NCBI GenBank assembly: GCA_016235455.1
Contig: JACRKZ010000093.1
Coordinates: 1-64,000, forward strand
Source of the DNA: Armatimonadota bacterium
GTDB taxonomy: Bacteria > Armatimonadota > UBA10988
DNA length: 64,000 nucleotides
Reading direction: 5' to 3'
The notes beneath the pieces were generated by a model. The model did not search any database, had not been told where the DNA came from, and was given only the letters and a program-made list of their open reading frames with translations. A program made the translations under genes and the position numbers. This document shows, in pieces, positions 1-9,680 of the stretch (position 1 is its first letter; every line of letters begins with the position of its first letter).

Positions 1-683
1 TCGGTGCGCATGGGCATGTTGCCGCTGATGAAGACCACCGAGCCGTACTCGCCCAGCGCCCGCGCGACGGCCAGGGCGAAGCCGGAGGCCAAGGCCGGCG
101 AGACCGCGGGCCAGATGACCCGGCGGAAGGTCTGCCAGCGGCTGGCGCCGAGGCTGGCGGCGGCCTCCTCCACCTCGGCCTCGAGCTCCTCCAGAGCTGG
201 CTGCAGGCTGCGCACGACGAACGGCAGACCGATGAAGGTCAGGGCCACGGCGATGCCCCAGGGCGTGTAGGCGATCTTGATGCCATAGGGTGCCAGCAGC
301 GCGCCGATCCAACCCTTGGGTGAGTAGAGCGCGGCCAGCGCGATGCCCGAAACCGCCGTCGGCAGCGCAAAGGGCAGGTCGACCAGCGCGTCGAGCAGGT
401 CGCGGCCGGGGAAGCGGTAGCGCACCAGCGTCCAGGCCACGATCGAACCGAATACCGCGTTGATGGAAGCGCCGACCAGCGATGTGCCAAAGGTCACACG
501 GTACGAGGCCAGCACGCGCTCGTCGGTGACCACGGCCCAGAAGCCGGCCAGTCCCAGGCTGGTCGTGCGCCAGACCAGCGCCGTGAGCGGCAGCAGGACG
601 ACCAGACCCAGATAGAGCAGCGTGTAGCCCAGAGTCAGGCCAAAGCCTGGTAGAACGCTGCGCTGGACCAGTCTGCGTGACAT
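1..683 (-). CDS. cysT: Sulfate ABC transporter permease CysT (3' part outside window)
   Basis: Manual translation from ATG at 683: MSRRLVQRSVLPGFGLTLGYTLLYLGLVVLLPL, then LVDLPFALPTAVSG and the EAA loop EEAAASLGASRWQTFRRVIWP; directly downstream of sbp. Confidence 0.92.
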   Translation of the reverse strand, partial: MSRRLVQRSVLPGFGLTLGYTLLYLGLVVLLPLTALVWRTTSLGLAGFWAVVTDERVLASYRVTFGTSLVGASINAVFGSIVAWTLVRYRFPGRDLLDALVDLPFALPTAVSGIALAALYSPKGWIGALLAPYGIKIAYTPWGIAVALTFIGLPFVVRSLQPALEELEAEVEEAAASLGASRWQTFRRVIWPAVSPALASGFALAVARALGEYGSVVFISGNMPMRT

Positions 684-696
684 GACAATCCTAGCG

Positions 697-732
697 GACC
701 AACGGGAGACGCCATGGCGCCTCCCGTTGGTC
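697..732. terminator. Strong stem-loop between sbp and cysT (terminator or mRNA-stabilising hairpin)
   Basis: GACCAACGGGAG(697-708)...CTCCCGTTGGTC(721-732), a perfect 12-bp inverted repeat just after the sbp stop; no U-tract. Confidence 0.55.
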
Positions 733-737
733 GGGGG

Positions 738-1880
738 TCACTTGGCCTTGGGCTTGTAGATGGCGTCGAACACGCCGCCGTCGGCGAAGTGGGTCTTCTG
801 CGCGTCCTTCCACGTGCCGAACGCGTCGGCGATGGTGAACAGCGCCACCTTGCCCAGCCGCGCCACATCGGCCGGGTCGGCCTGCTCGGGCGTCGTGGGC
901 CGGTAGTAGTGCCGCGCGATCAGCTTCTGGCCCGTGGGCGAGTAGAGGAACTTGAGGTAAGCCTCGGCCACCTCGCGGGTGCCGCGCTTGTCGACCACCT
1001 TGTCCACCACCGACACCGGCGGCTCCGCCAGGATGCTGAGGCTCGGCGTGACGATCTCGTACTGACCCTTGCCCAGTTCGTTGATTGCCAGGTAGGCCTC
1101 GTTCTCCCAGGACAGCAGCACGTCGCCAATGCCGCGCTCGACGAAGGTCGTAGTGGAGCCGCGGGCGCCGGAGTCGAGCACCGGCACATTGCCGAAGAGC
1201 TTGGTCACGAACTCCTTGGCCTTGGCCTGTGCCTTGTCGACATCAGCCTTGGCGGAGGGATCGTTGAGCTTCTTAAGATCGCCCAGCTCCTTCTGGAGCA
1301 CATAGCCCCAGGCCGCCAGGTAGTTCCAGCGCGCGCCGCCCGAGGTCTTCGGGTTCGGCGTGATGACCTGGACGCCGTCCTTGAGCAGATCCGGCCAGTC
1401 CTTGATGCCCTTGGGGTTGCCCTTGCGCACCAGGAAGACGATGGTCGACGTGTACGGCGAGCTGTTGTTGGGCAGCCGGCTCTGCCATTTGGCGTCGAGC
1501 AACTGGCCCTTCTCCACAATCGAGTCGATGTCGTAGGCCAGCGCCAGCGTCACCACGTCGGCTTCCAGCCCGTCGATGACCGCGCGGGCTTGCTTGCCCG
1601 AGCCGCCGTGCGACTGCTCGATGGTCACGTCCTGCCCGGTCTTGGCCTTCCAGTCGGCGGCAAAGGCCGCGTTGACATCCTTGTACAGCTCGCGCGTCGG
1701 GTCGTAAGACACGTTGAGCAGCTTGACCGGCCCCTCCGCCGGCTTCGGCGCGGCGGCCGCGCTGGCCTTGGGTGCCGCGAGCGCGGAGGCCTCGGGCGAC
1801 CCGCCGCGGCAGCCCGCGCAGCAAGCCATGGCCGCTGTCGCCACCGCCGCCGTCACGCTCCGCCACCAGATACGCCTCAT
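738..1880 (-). CDS. sbp: Sulfate ABC transporter substrate-binding (lipo)protein
   Basis: [51 protein letters not shown] motifs; AGGAG RBS before ATG 1880; signal peptide ending in Cys. Confidence 0.95.
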   Translation of the reverse strand: MRRIWWRSVTAAVATAAMACCAGCRGGSPEASALAAPKASAAAAPKPAEGPVKLLNVSYDPTRELYKDVNAAFAADWKAKTGQDVTIEQSHGGSGKQARAVIDGLEADVVTLALAYDIDSIVEKGQLLDAKWQSRLPNNSSPYTSTIVFLVRKGNPKGIKDWPDLLKDGVQVITPNPKTSGGARWNYLAAWGYVLQKELGDLKKLNDPSAKADVDKAQAKAKEFVTKLFGNVPVLDSGARGSTTTFVERGIGDVLLSWENEAYLAINELGKGQYEIVTPSLSILAEPPVSVVDKVVDKRGTREVAEAYLKFLYSPTGQKLIARHYYRPTTPEQADPADVARLGKVALFTIADAFGTWKDAQKTHFADGGVFDAIYKPKAK

Positions 1881-1953
1881 GTTGCTTCTCCTTCCGCGTC
1901 CGAGCTCGGCCTTGTTCTCAATGCCTACATAAACGCTCGACTTACAGGTGTTT

Positions 1954-1982
1954 ACTGTAAGGGCGTCCCGGCGAGTTGTCAA
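1954..1982 (-). promoter_or_regulatory. Sigma70-type promoter of sbp-cysT
   Basis: Minus strand TTGACA-17 bp-TACAGT. Confidence 0.65.
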
Positions 1983-2008
1983 GGGCCGAGTCGAAAGTGC
2001 GCCGTGCT

Positions 2009-2953
2009 ATGCTTCGCGGCCAGCGGGAGGTGGTGCTTCAGGTGGTCTACGCGCTGTTGTGTACGGGGCTGTTTGCCTGCTCGGCGTTCTTCGCCGCGCG
2101 GGCCACGGCGTCGGTGGGGCCGAGCCGCGCAACACTGGCGCGCATCCTGATTGCCACCTTCGTGCTGGGTGGCTGGACCTTGGCTGCCGGCTGTCACCTT
2201 CCTTCCGCGGCCATCGGCTGGTTGCTGCTCAGTGGCCTGGTGGGCATGGGGTTGGGTGACATCGCCTTCTTCGCCGGCATTCCGCTGGTGGGTGGCCGGC
2301 TGATGACCTTGCTCGGCCAATGCCTGACTGCACCCATCGCGCTGGGTGTGGAGCTGGTTTGGCTGGGCGTCTGGCCCGACCCGTCGCGCGCGGCCTGCGT
2401 GGCGCTGATCCTGGTGGGCGTGGCGCTGTCACTGACCGCGGAGCCCGCCTCAGCCGACCGGCCGACGCCGACGCGGCGACGGTTCTGGCTGGGCGTGACC
2501 TACGGCGTGATCGATGCGCTGGGCACGGCGTTGGGCGCGGTGCTGACGCGCCGGGCACTGGCCTGCTTGCCGGCCGGCGCGCCGTTCGATGGTGGTACGA
2601 CCGCGTGGTACCGCATGGTGGGCGGCGCCTTGGTCACCATCGCCGTCTACCGGCCCGTGCTGGTCCGCTGGTGTGCGCTGCCGCGCGAGCGTGGTACGTT
2701 CCGCGCCGTGCGGCGGCGCTACCGGGCCACGGTGGCCAACGCGCTGTGCGGCTCGGTGCTGGGCATGGCGGCCATGCAGGCGGCGCTGACCCACGTCGAG
2801 GCTGGCGTGGTGCTGGGAGTGGTGGCCACGGCGCCGTTGGGCACGATGCTGCTGCTGTGGCGGTTCGACGGGCTGCGGCTGTCGCGGCGGACGGTGCTGG
2901 GCGGGTGTCTGGCCGTGGCGGGGGTGGTGGCGTTGCAGTGGGCGGGTGGGTGA
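2009..2953 (+). CDS. EamA/DMT family transporter
   Basis: About 10 hydrophobic segments in two halves; LSGLVGMGLGDIAFF motif. Start uncertain (2009 ATG or 2033 GTG). Confidence 0.8.
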   Translation: MLRGQREVVLQVVYALLCTGLFACSAFFAARATASVGPSRATLARILIATFVLGGWTLAAGCHLPSAAIGWLLLSGLVGMGLGDIAFFAGIPLVGGRLMTLLGQCLTAPIALGVELVWLGVWPDPSRAACVALILVGVALSLTAEPASADRPTPTRRRFWLGVTYGVIDALGTALGAVLTRRALACLPAGAPFDGGTTAWYRMVGGALVTIAVYRPVLVRWCALPRERGTFRAVRRRYRATVANALCGSVLGMAAMQAALTHVEAGVVLGVVATAPLGTMLLLWRFDGLRLSRRTVLGGCLAVAGVVALQWAGG

Positions 2954-3059
2954 GGGGCGGCGCGACAAGCCGGCACTCCGTCGCTCGCCGGCCGTGGCTG
3001 CGGGATGGCTTGTGGATCGAGGCCCCACGGGCCATAGCAGAGGTGGAGGCGGTGCGCCC

Positions 3060-3344
3060 ATGGCACAGTGGGAGAAGCGCGAGGCAACGGTAAGGCAGAA
3101 CACCAAGGCGGTGCGGCAGGCGGACCTGCTGGGGGTTCTCGAGCGCGCTGGTTTCTCATGCCGGCGCGGCCGCCGCGGCCACTGGACCTGTGTTCACATC
3201 GAGTCGCAGGCGCGATGTACGTTCGCCGAACCGCACGGGGGCGCGGACTCGTTCGTCAAGCCGGTCTACGTGCGCAACGCACTGGCGGCGTTGGATGCGG
3301 CGCGCTCCGATAGGGGCGGCGAGGCCGAGACGCCCGAGGAGTAG
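3060..3344 (+). CDS. hicA: HicA-family toxin (mRNA interferase fold)
   Basis: 94 aa; LERAGF..RGRRGHW..H and EPHG..VKPVYVR pattern typical of HicA; GGAGG RBS. Confidence 0.8.
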   Translation: MAQWEKREATVRQNTKAVRQADLLGVLERAGFSCRRGRRGHWTCVHIESQARCTFAEPHGGADSFVKPVYVRNALAALDAARSDRGGEAETPEE

Positions 3345-3703
3345 TCTCGCAAGGCTTGCGTCAGCAGGTATGTCACCTCTGCGTTGATGCTGATACCCTC
3401 GGCCTTGGCTCGCTGCACCAGCGCGACGTGCAACGACCGCGGCACGCGCACGCTGAACGTGCCGGAGTAGCTGCTCAGCGGCTCGGGTACGGGCTGCCCA
3501 AGGTCTTCCATATGTTCGATCATGTCGGCCAGAGCGGCCCGCAGGTCGGCCTCTGCCTCCTCGGGGCTGCCACCGACGCCGACCACGCCGCCGAAGTCTA
3601 TGGCGCGCGCCACGAACGGCTCGTCCTCTTCAGCCGCCACAGCTACCGCATACCGTTGTGCCCTCAGCAGGTAGTTGTCTGTTGCCTCGGCCTGGACTGC
3701 CAT
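3266..3703 (-). CDS. hicB: HicB-family antitoxin with C-terminal ribbon-helix-helix
   Basis: GGSPEEAEADLRAAL..GQPVPEP..YSGTFSVRVPRSLHVALVQRAKAEGISIN, the classic HicB/RHH signature. Confidence 0.88.
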   Translation of the reverse strand: MAVQAEATDNYLLRAQRYAVAVAAEEDEPFVARAIDFGGVVGVGGSPEEAEADLRAALADMIEHMEDLGQPVPEPLSSYSGTFSVRVPRSLHVALVQRAKAEGISINAEVTYLLTQALRDYSSGVSASPPLSERAASNAASALRT

Positions 3704-3725
3704 GGTGCCGATCTCCCAGTACTGC

Positions 3726-3754
3726 ATTGTAACCACATACGGTGACATCGGCAA
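3726..3754 (-). promoter_or_regulatory. Sigma70-type promoter of hicB
   Basis: Minus strand TTGCCG-17 bp-TACAAT, ending 22 bp upstream of the hicB ATG. Confidence 0.6.
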
Positions 3755-3819
3755 GCGCCGCGAGGCGCCAGAGGATCGACGCGGTCCGCGTCGAACCCCA
3801 CCCCCACGGGAGCCCGCCC

Positions 3820-6762
3820 ATGCGCGCATCGACCCTCTGCCTTGCTGCTGTCGTTGTCGTCGCCGCGTCGGTCGGCCGAGGAATGCCCATGAGTGACAAG
3901 TCGCCGATCTACGAAGTCGAGTCTTGCGCCGCGCTGGACCTGCGTGACGCGGTGACGCTGGAAGCCTGGGTCAAGGCCGACCGCCTGGAAGGTACCGGCG
4001 CGCGCCTCATCGACCGCCACGAATCGGGCACCGACAACGGCTACCTGCTGGACACCTTCCCCGGCAACTCGCTGCGCATGATCACCGCCAATGGCGCGGT
4101 GAGCTACGGCGCCCGGCTCACGGTCGACCGCTGGTGGCATGTGGTGGGCGTGTACGATGCCGCGCGGAAGGTGCAGAAGCTGTACTTGGACGGCAAGGAA
4201 GTGGCCGCCAAGACCACGGGCGACTTTCCGCCGATGACCATGCGCGAACTGCCGTTGCGTCTGGGCGCCAACCAGGCGGGTGGCGACCGGCTGCGTGGCG
4301 CGATGGCGCGGGCCGCGGTCTATGGCCGGGCGCTGACGGCCGAGGAGATCGCCGCGCGCGCGGCCGCCGGGCCCGAGGCAGCGGCGCCGCTAGACGGCGC
4401 GCTGGGCGACTGGAAGCTGCCTGACCGACCCGGCCGGACCATCCAGCCCGCCGCCGGCGCACTGAGGCTCGCATCGGGTGTGGTCGATGTGGATCTGACC
4501 GGTCAGGCCACGCCGCCGGACGGGCGCTGGGTGACCTGGTACCGGCAGCCCGCGGCGCAGTGGGTGGAGGCGCTGCCCATCGGCAACGGTCGGCTGGGCG
4601 CGATGGTCCACGGTGGCGTGGCGCGTGAGCGCCTGCAGCTCAACGAGGGCACGTTCTGGGCCGGCGGGCCGTACGAACCCGGCAATTCCGACGTCAAGGA
4701 GCCGCTGGCCGAGGCGCGCGCGCTCATCTTCGCCGGCAAGTACCGCGAGGCCCAGAAGGTGGTCGACGACAAGCTGTTCGGCCGGCCCAAGGGGCAGATG
4801 TCGTACCAGCCAATCGGCGACCTGCTGCTGACCTTCCCGGGTGGCGAGACCGCGGCCGACTACCGCCGCGAACTGGATCTGGACACCGGCACCACGCGCA
4901 CGCGGTTCGTGCGTGACGGTGTGACCTACACGCGCGAGGTGCTGGCCAGCCCCATCGATCAGGTCATCGTTATGCATCTCAGCGCCGACAAGCCTGGCGC
5001 GCTGAGCCTGTCGGCCGCGCTGAAGTCGCCGCAGAAGAGCGCCGTGGCCATCGACGGCGACACGGTGGTGCTCACCGGCACCGGGCCCGACTACCGCGGC
5101 ATCAAGGGCGCGGCGACCTTCGAGTGCCGCGCCAAGGTGCTGCCCACCGGAGGCCGGCTGACGACCGAGGGCAGCCAGCTCAAGCTGAGCGGCGCCGACC
5201 GTTGTGTGGTGCTCGTCAGCATCGCCACCAACTACGTGAGCTACAAGGATCTCAGCGGCGATCCGCACCAGCGCGCGCTCAAGCCGTTGCAGGCCGCGGC
5301 GGGCCGCACCTGGGCTGAGTTGCGGAGCCGCCACGTGGCCGAGCATCAGCGGCTGTTCCGCCGTGTCGATCTCGACCTGGGAGGCTGGCAGGAGGCGCTC
5401 CGACCCACCGACGAGCGCATCCGCGCCATCGCCAAGGGCGTCGACGACCCGGCGCTGGCGGCGCTGTACTTCCAGTTCGGGCGCTACCTGCTGGCCAGTT
5501 GCTCGCGGCCCGGCGGCCAGGCGGCCACGCTGCAGGGCTTGTGGAATGAGAGCACCAGCCCGCCGTGGGACAGCAAGTACACCATCAACATCAACACCGA
5601 GATGAACTACTGGCCGGCCGAGACCGCCAACCTGAGCGAGTGCGTTGAGCCGCTGGCGCAGATGCTGGCCGAGATGGCCGAGTCCGGCGCGGTGACCGCC
5701 AAGTCCATGTTCGGCGCGCGCGGCTGGGTCTGCTTCCACAACACCGATGGCTGGCGCGCCACGGCACCCATCGACGGGCCGTGGGCCTACACGCCGACCT
5801 GCGGCGCCTGGCTGGCCACGGCCCTGTGGGAGCGCTGGCTGTTCACCGGCGACCGCGCCTTCCTGGCCCGGGTCTACCCGATCCTCCGGGGCTCGGCGCT
5901 GTTCTTCCAGGACACGCTGGTGCCCGAGCCGACGCACGGCTGGCTGGTCACCTGCCCCTCGGCCTCGCCCGAGAACGCCCATGTCAAGGGCGGCCATGTG
6001 TGCGCCGGGCCGACCATGGACAACCAGATCCTGCGCGATGTGTTCGACCAGGCCGCCCGTGCCGCGGAGGTGCTCGGCCTGGACAGCGAGTTGCGCACGC
6101 AGTGGCAGGCCACGCGCGCCAAGCTGCCCCCCGAGCACATCGGTAAGGCCGGGCAGTTGCAGGAGTGGCTGGAGGACTGGGACACCGAGCCCGGCGCGGA
6201 CCTGCACCATCGGCATGTGTCGCACCTGTACGGCTTGTATCCCAGTGGACAGATCAGCCCCAAGACCACGCCGGAACTGGCGGCGGCCGTGCGCAAGTCG
6301 CTCGAGATTCGCGGCGACCAGGCCACCGGCTGGAGCCTGGGCTGGAAGATCAACCTGTGGGCCCGGCTGCTCGACGCCGAGCACGCCCATCACATGGTGC
6401 TGATGCTGCTCAGCCCCGACCGCACCTACCCGAACTTGTTCGACGCGCACCCGCCGTTCCAGATTGACGGCAACTTCGGTGGCGTCTCGGGCATGTGCGA
6501 GATGCTGCTGCAGTCGCACGAGACGGTCGACGGCCAGCCCGCGCTCGACCTGCTGCCGGCGCTGCCGCGGGCCTGGGCCAACGGCAGTGTGCGCGGGCTG
6601 CGCGCGCGCGGTGGGTTCCAGGTCGACCTGACCTGGCGCGACGGCCGGCTGACCGAGGCGCGGATCACCTCGCTGCTGGGCCGGCCGGCCACGCTGCGCT
6701 GGGGTACGACCACCAAGACCGTCGTCCTGCGCGCCGGCGCCTCGCAGGTGATCAAGGGCTAG
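3820..6762 (+). CDS. Secreted GH95 alpha-L-fucosidase with N-terminal LamG/concanavalin-like domain
   Basis: Signal peptide; LamG-like [21 protein letters not shown]; GH95 motifs [59 protein letters not shown]. Confidence 0.93.
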   Translation: MRASTLCLAAVVVVAASVGRGMPMSDKSPIYEVESCAALDLRDAVTLEAWVKADRLEGTGARLIDRHESGTDNGYLLDTFPGNSLRMITANGAVSYGARLTVDRWWHVVGVYDAARKVQKLYLDGKEVAAKTTGDFPPMTMRELPLRLGANQAGGDRLRGAMARAAVYGRALTAEEIAARAAAGPEAAAPLDGALGDWKLPDRPGRTIQPAAGALRLASGVVDVDLTGQATPPDGRWVTWYRQPAAQWVEALPIGNGRLGAMVHGGVARERLQLNEGTFWAGGPYEPGNSDVKEPLAEARALIFAGKYREAQKVVDDKLFGRPKGQMSYQPIGDLLLTFPGGETAADYRRELDLDTGTTRTRFVRDGVTYTREVLASPIDQVIVMHLSADKPGALSLSAALKSPQKSAVAIDGDTVVLTGTGPDYRGIKGAATFECRAKVLPTGGRLTTEGSQLKLSGADRCVVLVSIATNYVSYKDLSGDPHQRALKPLQAAAGRTWAELRSRHVAEHQRLFRRVDLDLGGWQEALRPTDERIRAIAKGVDDPALAALYFQFGRYLLASCSRPGGQAATLQGLWNESTSPPWDSKYTININTEMNYWPAETANLSECVEPLAQMLAEMAESGAVTAKSMFGARGWVCFHNTDGWRATAPIDGPWAYTPTCGAWLATALWERWLFTGDRAFLARVYPILRGSALFFQDTLVPEPTHGWLVTCPSASPENAHVKGGHVCAGPTMDNQILRDVFDQAARAAEVLGLDSELRTQWQATRAKLPPEHIGKAGQLQEWLEDWDTEPGADLHHRHVSHLYGLYPSGQISPKTTPELAAAVRKSLEIRGDQATGWSLGWKINLWARLLDAEHAHHMVLMLLSPDRTYPNLFDAHPPFQIDGNFGGVSGMCEMLLQSHETVDGQPALDLLPALPRAWANGSVRGLRARGGFQVDLTWRDGRLTEARITSLLGRPATLRWGTTTKTVVLRAGASQVIKG

Positions 6763-6763
6763 C

Positions 6764-8083
6764 ATGGCGCGGACACCCAACATCGTCGTCACCATCGCCG
6801 ATGACCAGCGCTTCGATACCATCGGCGCGCTGGGCAATGGCTGGATCCGCACGCCCTATCAGGACGCCATGGCCGAGGCCGGCACGGCCCTGACGTGTGC
6901 CCACCACAACGGCTCCACGCATGGCGCCGTGTGCGCGCCCAGCCGGGCCATGCTGTTCACGGGCCGGCGCCTGGCGCAGGTGCCCGAGCGGCTGCGCGAA
7001 TACTGGCGCGACCACGGCGAGGATCCGGCGCTGGCCGAGGCCACGCCGCTGTTGGGCGAACTGCTGCGGCGCGGCGGCTACAACTGCCATGCCGTGGGCA
7101 AATGGCACAACGGCCACCGCGCCTTCCAGCGCTGTTTCGACAGCGGGGAGGCGCTGTTCTTCGGCGGCATGAGCGACCACGACAAGGTGCCCATCGACCC
7201 CTTCGACCCTGACGGCATCTACCCGCCCGAGCGGCGCACGGTCGGCGCCAAGTTCTCCACTGAGCTGTTCACCGATGCCGCCGTCGATTTCGTGCGCGGC
7301 TACGATGAGGACCGGCCGTTCTTCCTGTTTGTGGCCTACACCGCGCCGCACGACCCACGCACGCCGCCGGCCGATGTGCGCTACGCTGCCGACCAGGTGC
7401 CGCTGCCGGCCAACTACCTGCCCATGCACCCCTTCAACAACGGGGAGCTGACCATCCGCGACGAGCGGCTGGCCGGTTACCCGCGCACGCCGCGCGAGGT
7501 GCGGCAGCACCTGGCCGACTACGCCGGCATGATCACCGATCTCGACCGCGGTCTCGGCCGGCTCCATGCCGCGCTGGCCGAGTCGGGCCATGCGGACGAC
7601 ACCGTCGTCATCCATACCGCCGACCACGGCCTGGCGGTCGGGCAGCACGGACTGATGGGCAAGCAGAACCTGTATGAGCACAGCATCCGCGTGCCGTTGC
7701 TGGTGCGTGGCCCCGGCATTCCGGTGGGCCATCGTGTCGACGAGCTGTGCTACCAGCACGACCTGTATCCGACGCTGCTGGAGCTGGCCGGGATTGAGCC
7801 GCCCGAGCCGCCTGGCTTCCGCAGCCTCCTGCCGCTGCTCGCCGGCGCGCCGGGCTATGACACGGTCACCTGCTCCTATGCCCAGTGCCAGCAGATGGCC
7901 AAGGACCGACGACACAAGCTCATCCGCTATCGCCCCGTGCACGGTCGCGGCAGCGACTACCGCCAGGTGTTCGATCTGGCTGCCGATCCGCTTGAGCAGA
8001 CCAACCTGGCCGGCTCGCCGGAGCTGGCCGAGGTCGAGGCGCGGCTGGAGTCGCACCTCGTCTGGGAGCCGGCCGAGCCATGA
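6764..8083 (+). CDS. Formylglycine-dependent sulfatase (S1)
   Basis: PNIVVTIADDQ, CAPSRAMLFTG (CxPxR), GKWH, ADHG, GKQNLYE. Confidence 0.93.
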   Translation: MARTPNIVVTIADDQRFDTIGALGNGWIRTPYQDAMAEAGTALTCAHHNGSTHGAVCAPSRAMLFTGRRLAQVPERLREYWRDHGEDPALAEATPLLGELLRRGGYNCHAVGKWHNGHRAFQRCFDSGEALFFGGMSDHDKVPIDPFDPDGIYPPERRTVGAKFSTELFTDAAVDFVRGYDEDRPFFLFVAYTAPHDPRTPPADVRYAADQVPLPANYLPMHPFNNGELTIRDERLAGYPRTPREVRQHLADYAGMITDLDRGLGRLHAALAESGHADDTVVIHTADHGLAVGQHGLMGKQNLYEHSIRVPLLVRGPGIPVGHRVDELCYQHDLYPTLLELAGIEPPEPPGFRSLLPLLAGAPGYDTVTCSYAQCQQMAKDRRHKLIRYRPVHGRGSDYRQVFDLAADPLEQTNLAGSPELAEVEARLESHLVWEPAEP

Positions 8084-9048
8084 AAGCCGCCTTCACCCCG
8101 GTCGTCTACGAGCATGCCGCGCGCTTCGTGGGGCGCTCGCCGTGGGAGGTATCGCGCGATGCCGACCTGTTGTTCGAGGCCCATCGCGCCGCCTATGAGG
8201 AGTACCACCAGCAGGTCGTCTGCGTGGGCATCGACATCTACAACCTGGAGGCCGAGGCCTACGGCGCACGAGTCCAGGCCGGCTCGCCCAACGCCATTCC
8301 CGCCATCCATGAGCCGCTGCTGGAGCGCCTGGAGGACGGCCTGGAACTGGCCCCGTTCGACCCCGCGCGTGACGGCCGGCTGGCGCTGGTCATCGACACC
8401 GCGCGGCGGCTGCGCGACGCGCTGTCCGGCGCCGATGTGCGCGTGCCCGTGGCTGGGCCGTTCTCGGTGGCTTTCAACCTGCTGGGCATCAACCAGCTCT
8501 GCCTCGACGCCGCGCTGCGACCGGCGGCCACGGCGCGGTTACTGATGCACCTGGCCGACAATCAGGCCGTGCTCTGCCGCGCCGTGGCGGCGGCCGGGCT
8601 GGACATCGCCTTCTTCGAGTCGGCGGCGGCGCCGCCCCTCATGTCGCCCGCACAGTTCCGCGCGGTCGAGTTGCCGGCGCTGGACCACATGCTGCACCTG
8701 GCGGCACAGGCCTTGGGTCATGCCGTGCCCTGCATCATGGGCGGCAACACCTGGCCCATCGTCGACGACCTGCTCTCCACCGGGACCAACTACCTGGTCT
8801 GCAATGCCGAGACCGACCAAGCGGCCTTCGTCGCGCGTGTCGCGAGTCGGCGGCCGGAAGTGCGAGTGCGCGTCAACCTGGACCCCGCGGTGCTGGTCAG
8901 CGACGATCACGCGCGCCTCACCGCCGAAGTCGAGCGCGTGCTGGCCGTCTGCGCGGGTCGCGCGACGTGCGTCATCGGCACCGGCGCGCTGCCGCTCGAG
9001 ACACCCCCGGCCAACGTCCACGCGATCGCCGATTACCTGGCCCTGTAA
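8080..9048 (+). CDS. Uroporphyrinogen decarboxylase-like / MtaA-CmuA family protein
   Basis: LEAEAYGA, GPFSVA, LMSPAQF, LPLETPPANV pattern of the URO-D superfamily; ATGA overlap with the sulfatase. Confidence 0.75.
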   Translation: MKAAFTPVVYEHAARFVGRSPWEVSRDADLLFEAHRAAYEEYHQQVVCVGIDIYNLEAEAYGARVQAGSPNAIPAIHEPLLERLEDGLELAPFDPARDGRLALVIDTARRLRDALSGADVRVPVAGPFSVAFNLLGINQLCLDAALRPAATARLLMHLADNQAVLCRAVAAAGLDIAFFESAAAPPLMSPAQFRAVELPALDHMLHLAAQALGHAVPCIMGGNTWPIVDDLLSTGTNYLVCNAETDQAAFVARVASRRPEVRVRVNLDPAVLVSDDHARLTAEVERVLAVCAGRATCVIGTGALPLETPPANVHAIADYLAL

Positions 9049-9119
9049 CCCTCTGTCCATAGCTCGCCTCAAGACGGATCGGCGTGGCGACCGAACACCG
9101 TTCGGATGGCGAAAAGCGC

Positions 9120-9162
9120 TTGACACCTGACCCGCGATTCTGGCATCCTTTAGGAAACCTAA
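9120..9162 (+). promoter_or_regulatory. Promoter and palindromic operator upstream of MarR operon
   Basis: TTGACA at 9120-9125, weak TGnCATCCT -10, and inverted repeat TTAGG-AAA-CCTAA at 9150-9162. Confidence 0.55.
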
Positions 9163-9172
9163 TAGTTGCGGG

Positions 9173-9664
9173 ATGCACATGTCTCAATCCGAGCCAAATC
9201 CAGACCGGGTGGTTGCCCCTCGCTACCGCGAGGCGGAGTTGGTGATGGATGCGGTGTTCGCGACGATGGGTTTGATGCGGACCGAGATGCGTCGGCGCCA
9301 TCAGGGCGAGGTTTCGATGTCGCAGTTCCCCATACTGCGCACGCTGGCCAAGCAGCCGGGCGTGTCGTTGGGTGAGCTGGCGGAACGGTTGGGGCTGCGG
9401 CCGCCCACTGTTTCGAGGCTTGTCGATGACCTGGTGGCGCGTGGCTGGGTGCAGCGGACGCAGTCGACGTCGGATCGGCGGTCGGTGGCGTTGAGCCTGA
9501 CCGAGGCTGGCGACGAGATGATGCGCGAGGGACGCCGTGCCGGGCTGCTGAAGCTGGCCGAGCGCCTGTCCGCGCTGGACGATGACGAGGCGGCCCGGCT
9601 GGTGGCCGCGGCGGGTTCACTGCGGCGGGCCGTGGTGGGCGTTGAGAACGAGCGAGGAGAGTGA
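9173..9664 (+). CDS. MarR family transcriptional regulator
   Basis: VSMSQFPILRTL..SLGELAERLGLRPPTVSRLVDDLVARGWVQR..DRR..LSLTEAG winged HTH. Confidence 0.93.
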   Translation: MHMSQSEPNPDRVVAPRYREAELVMDAVFATMGLMRTEMRRRHQGEVSMSQFPILRTLAKQPGVSLGELAERLGLRPPTVSRLVDDLVARGWVQRTQSTSDRRSVALSLTEAGDEMMREGRRAGLLKLAERLSALDDDEAARLVAAAGSLRRAVVGVENERGE

Positions 9665-9680
9665 CCGTGCTGCTCAAGGG

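Noticed and set aside
4390-6852. Long antisense ORFs such as the 820-aa one here and others across the window
   Set aside because: Shadow frames expected opposite real genes in high-GC DNA; no motifs.
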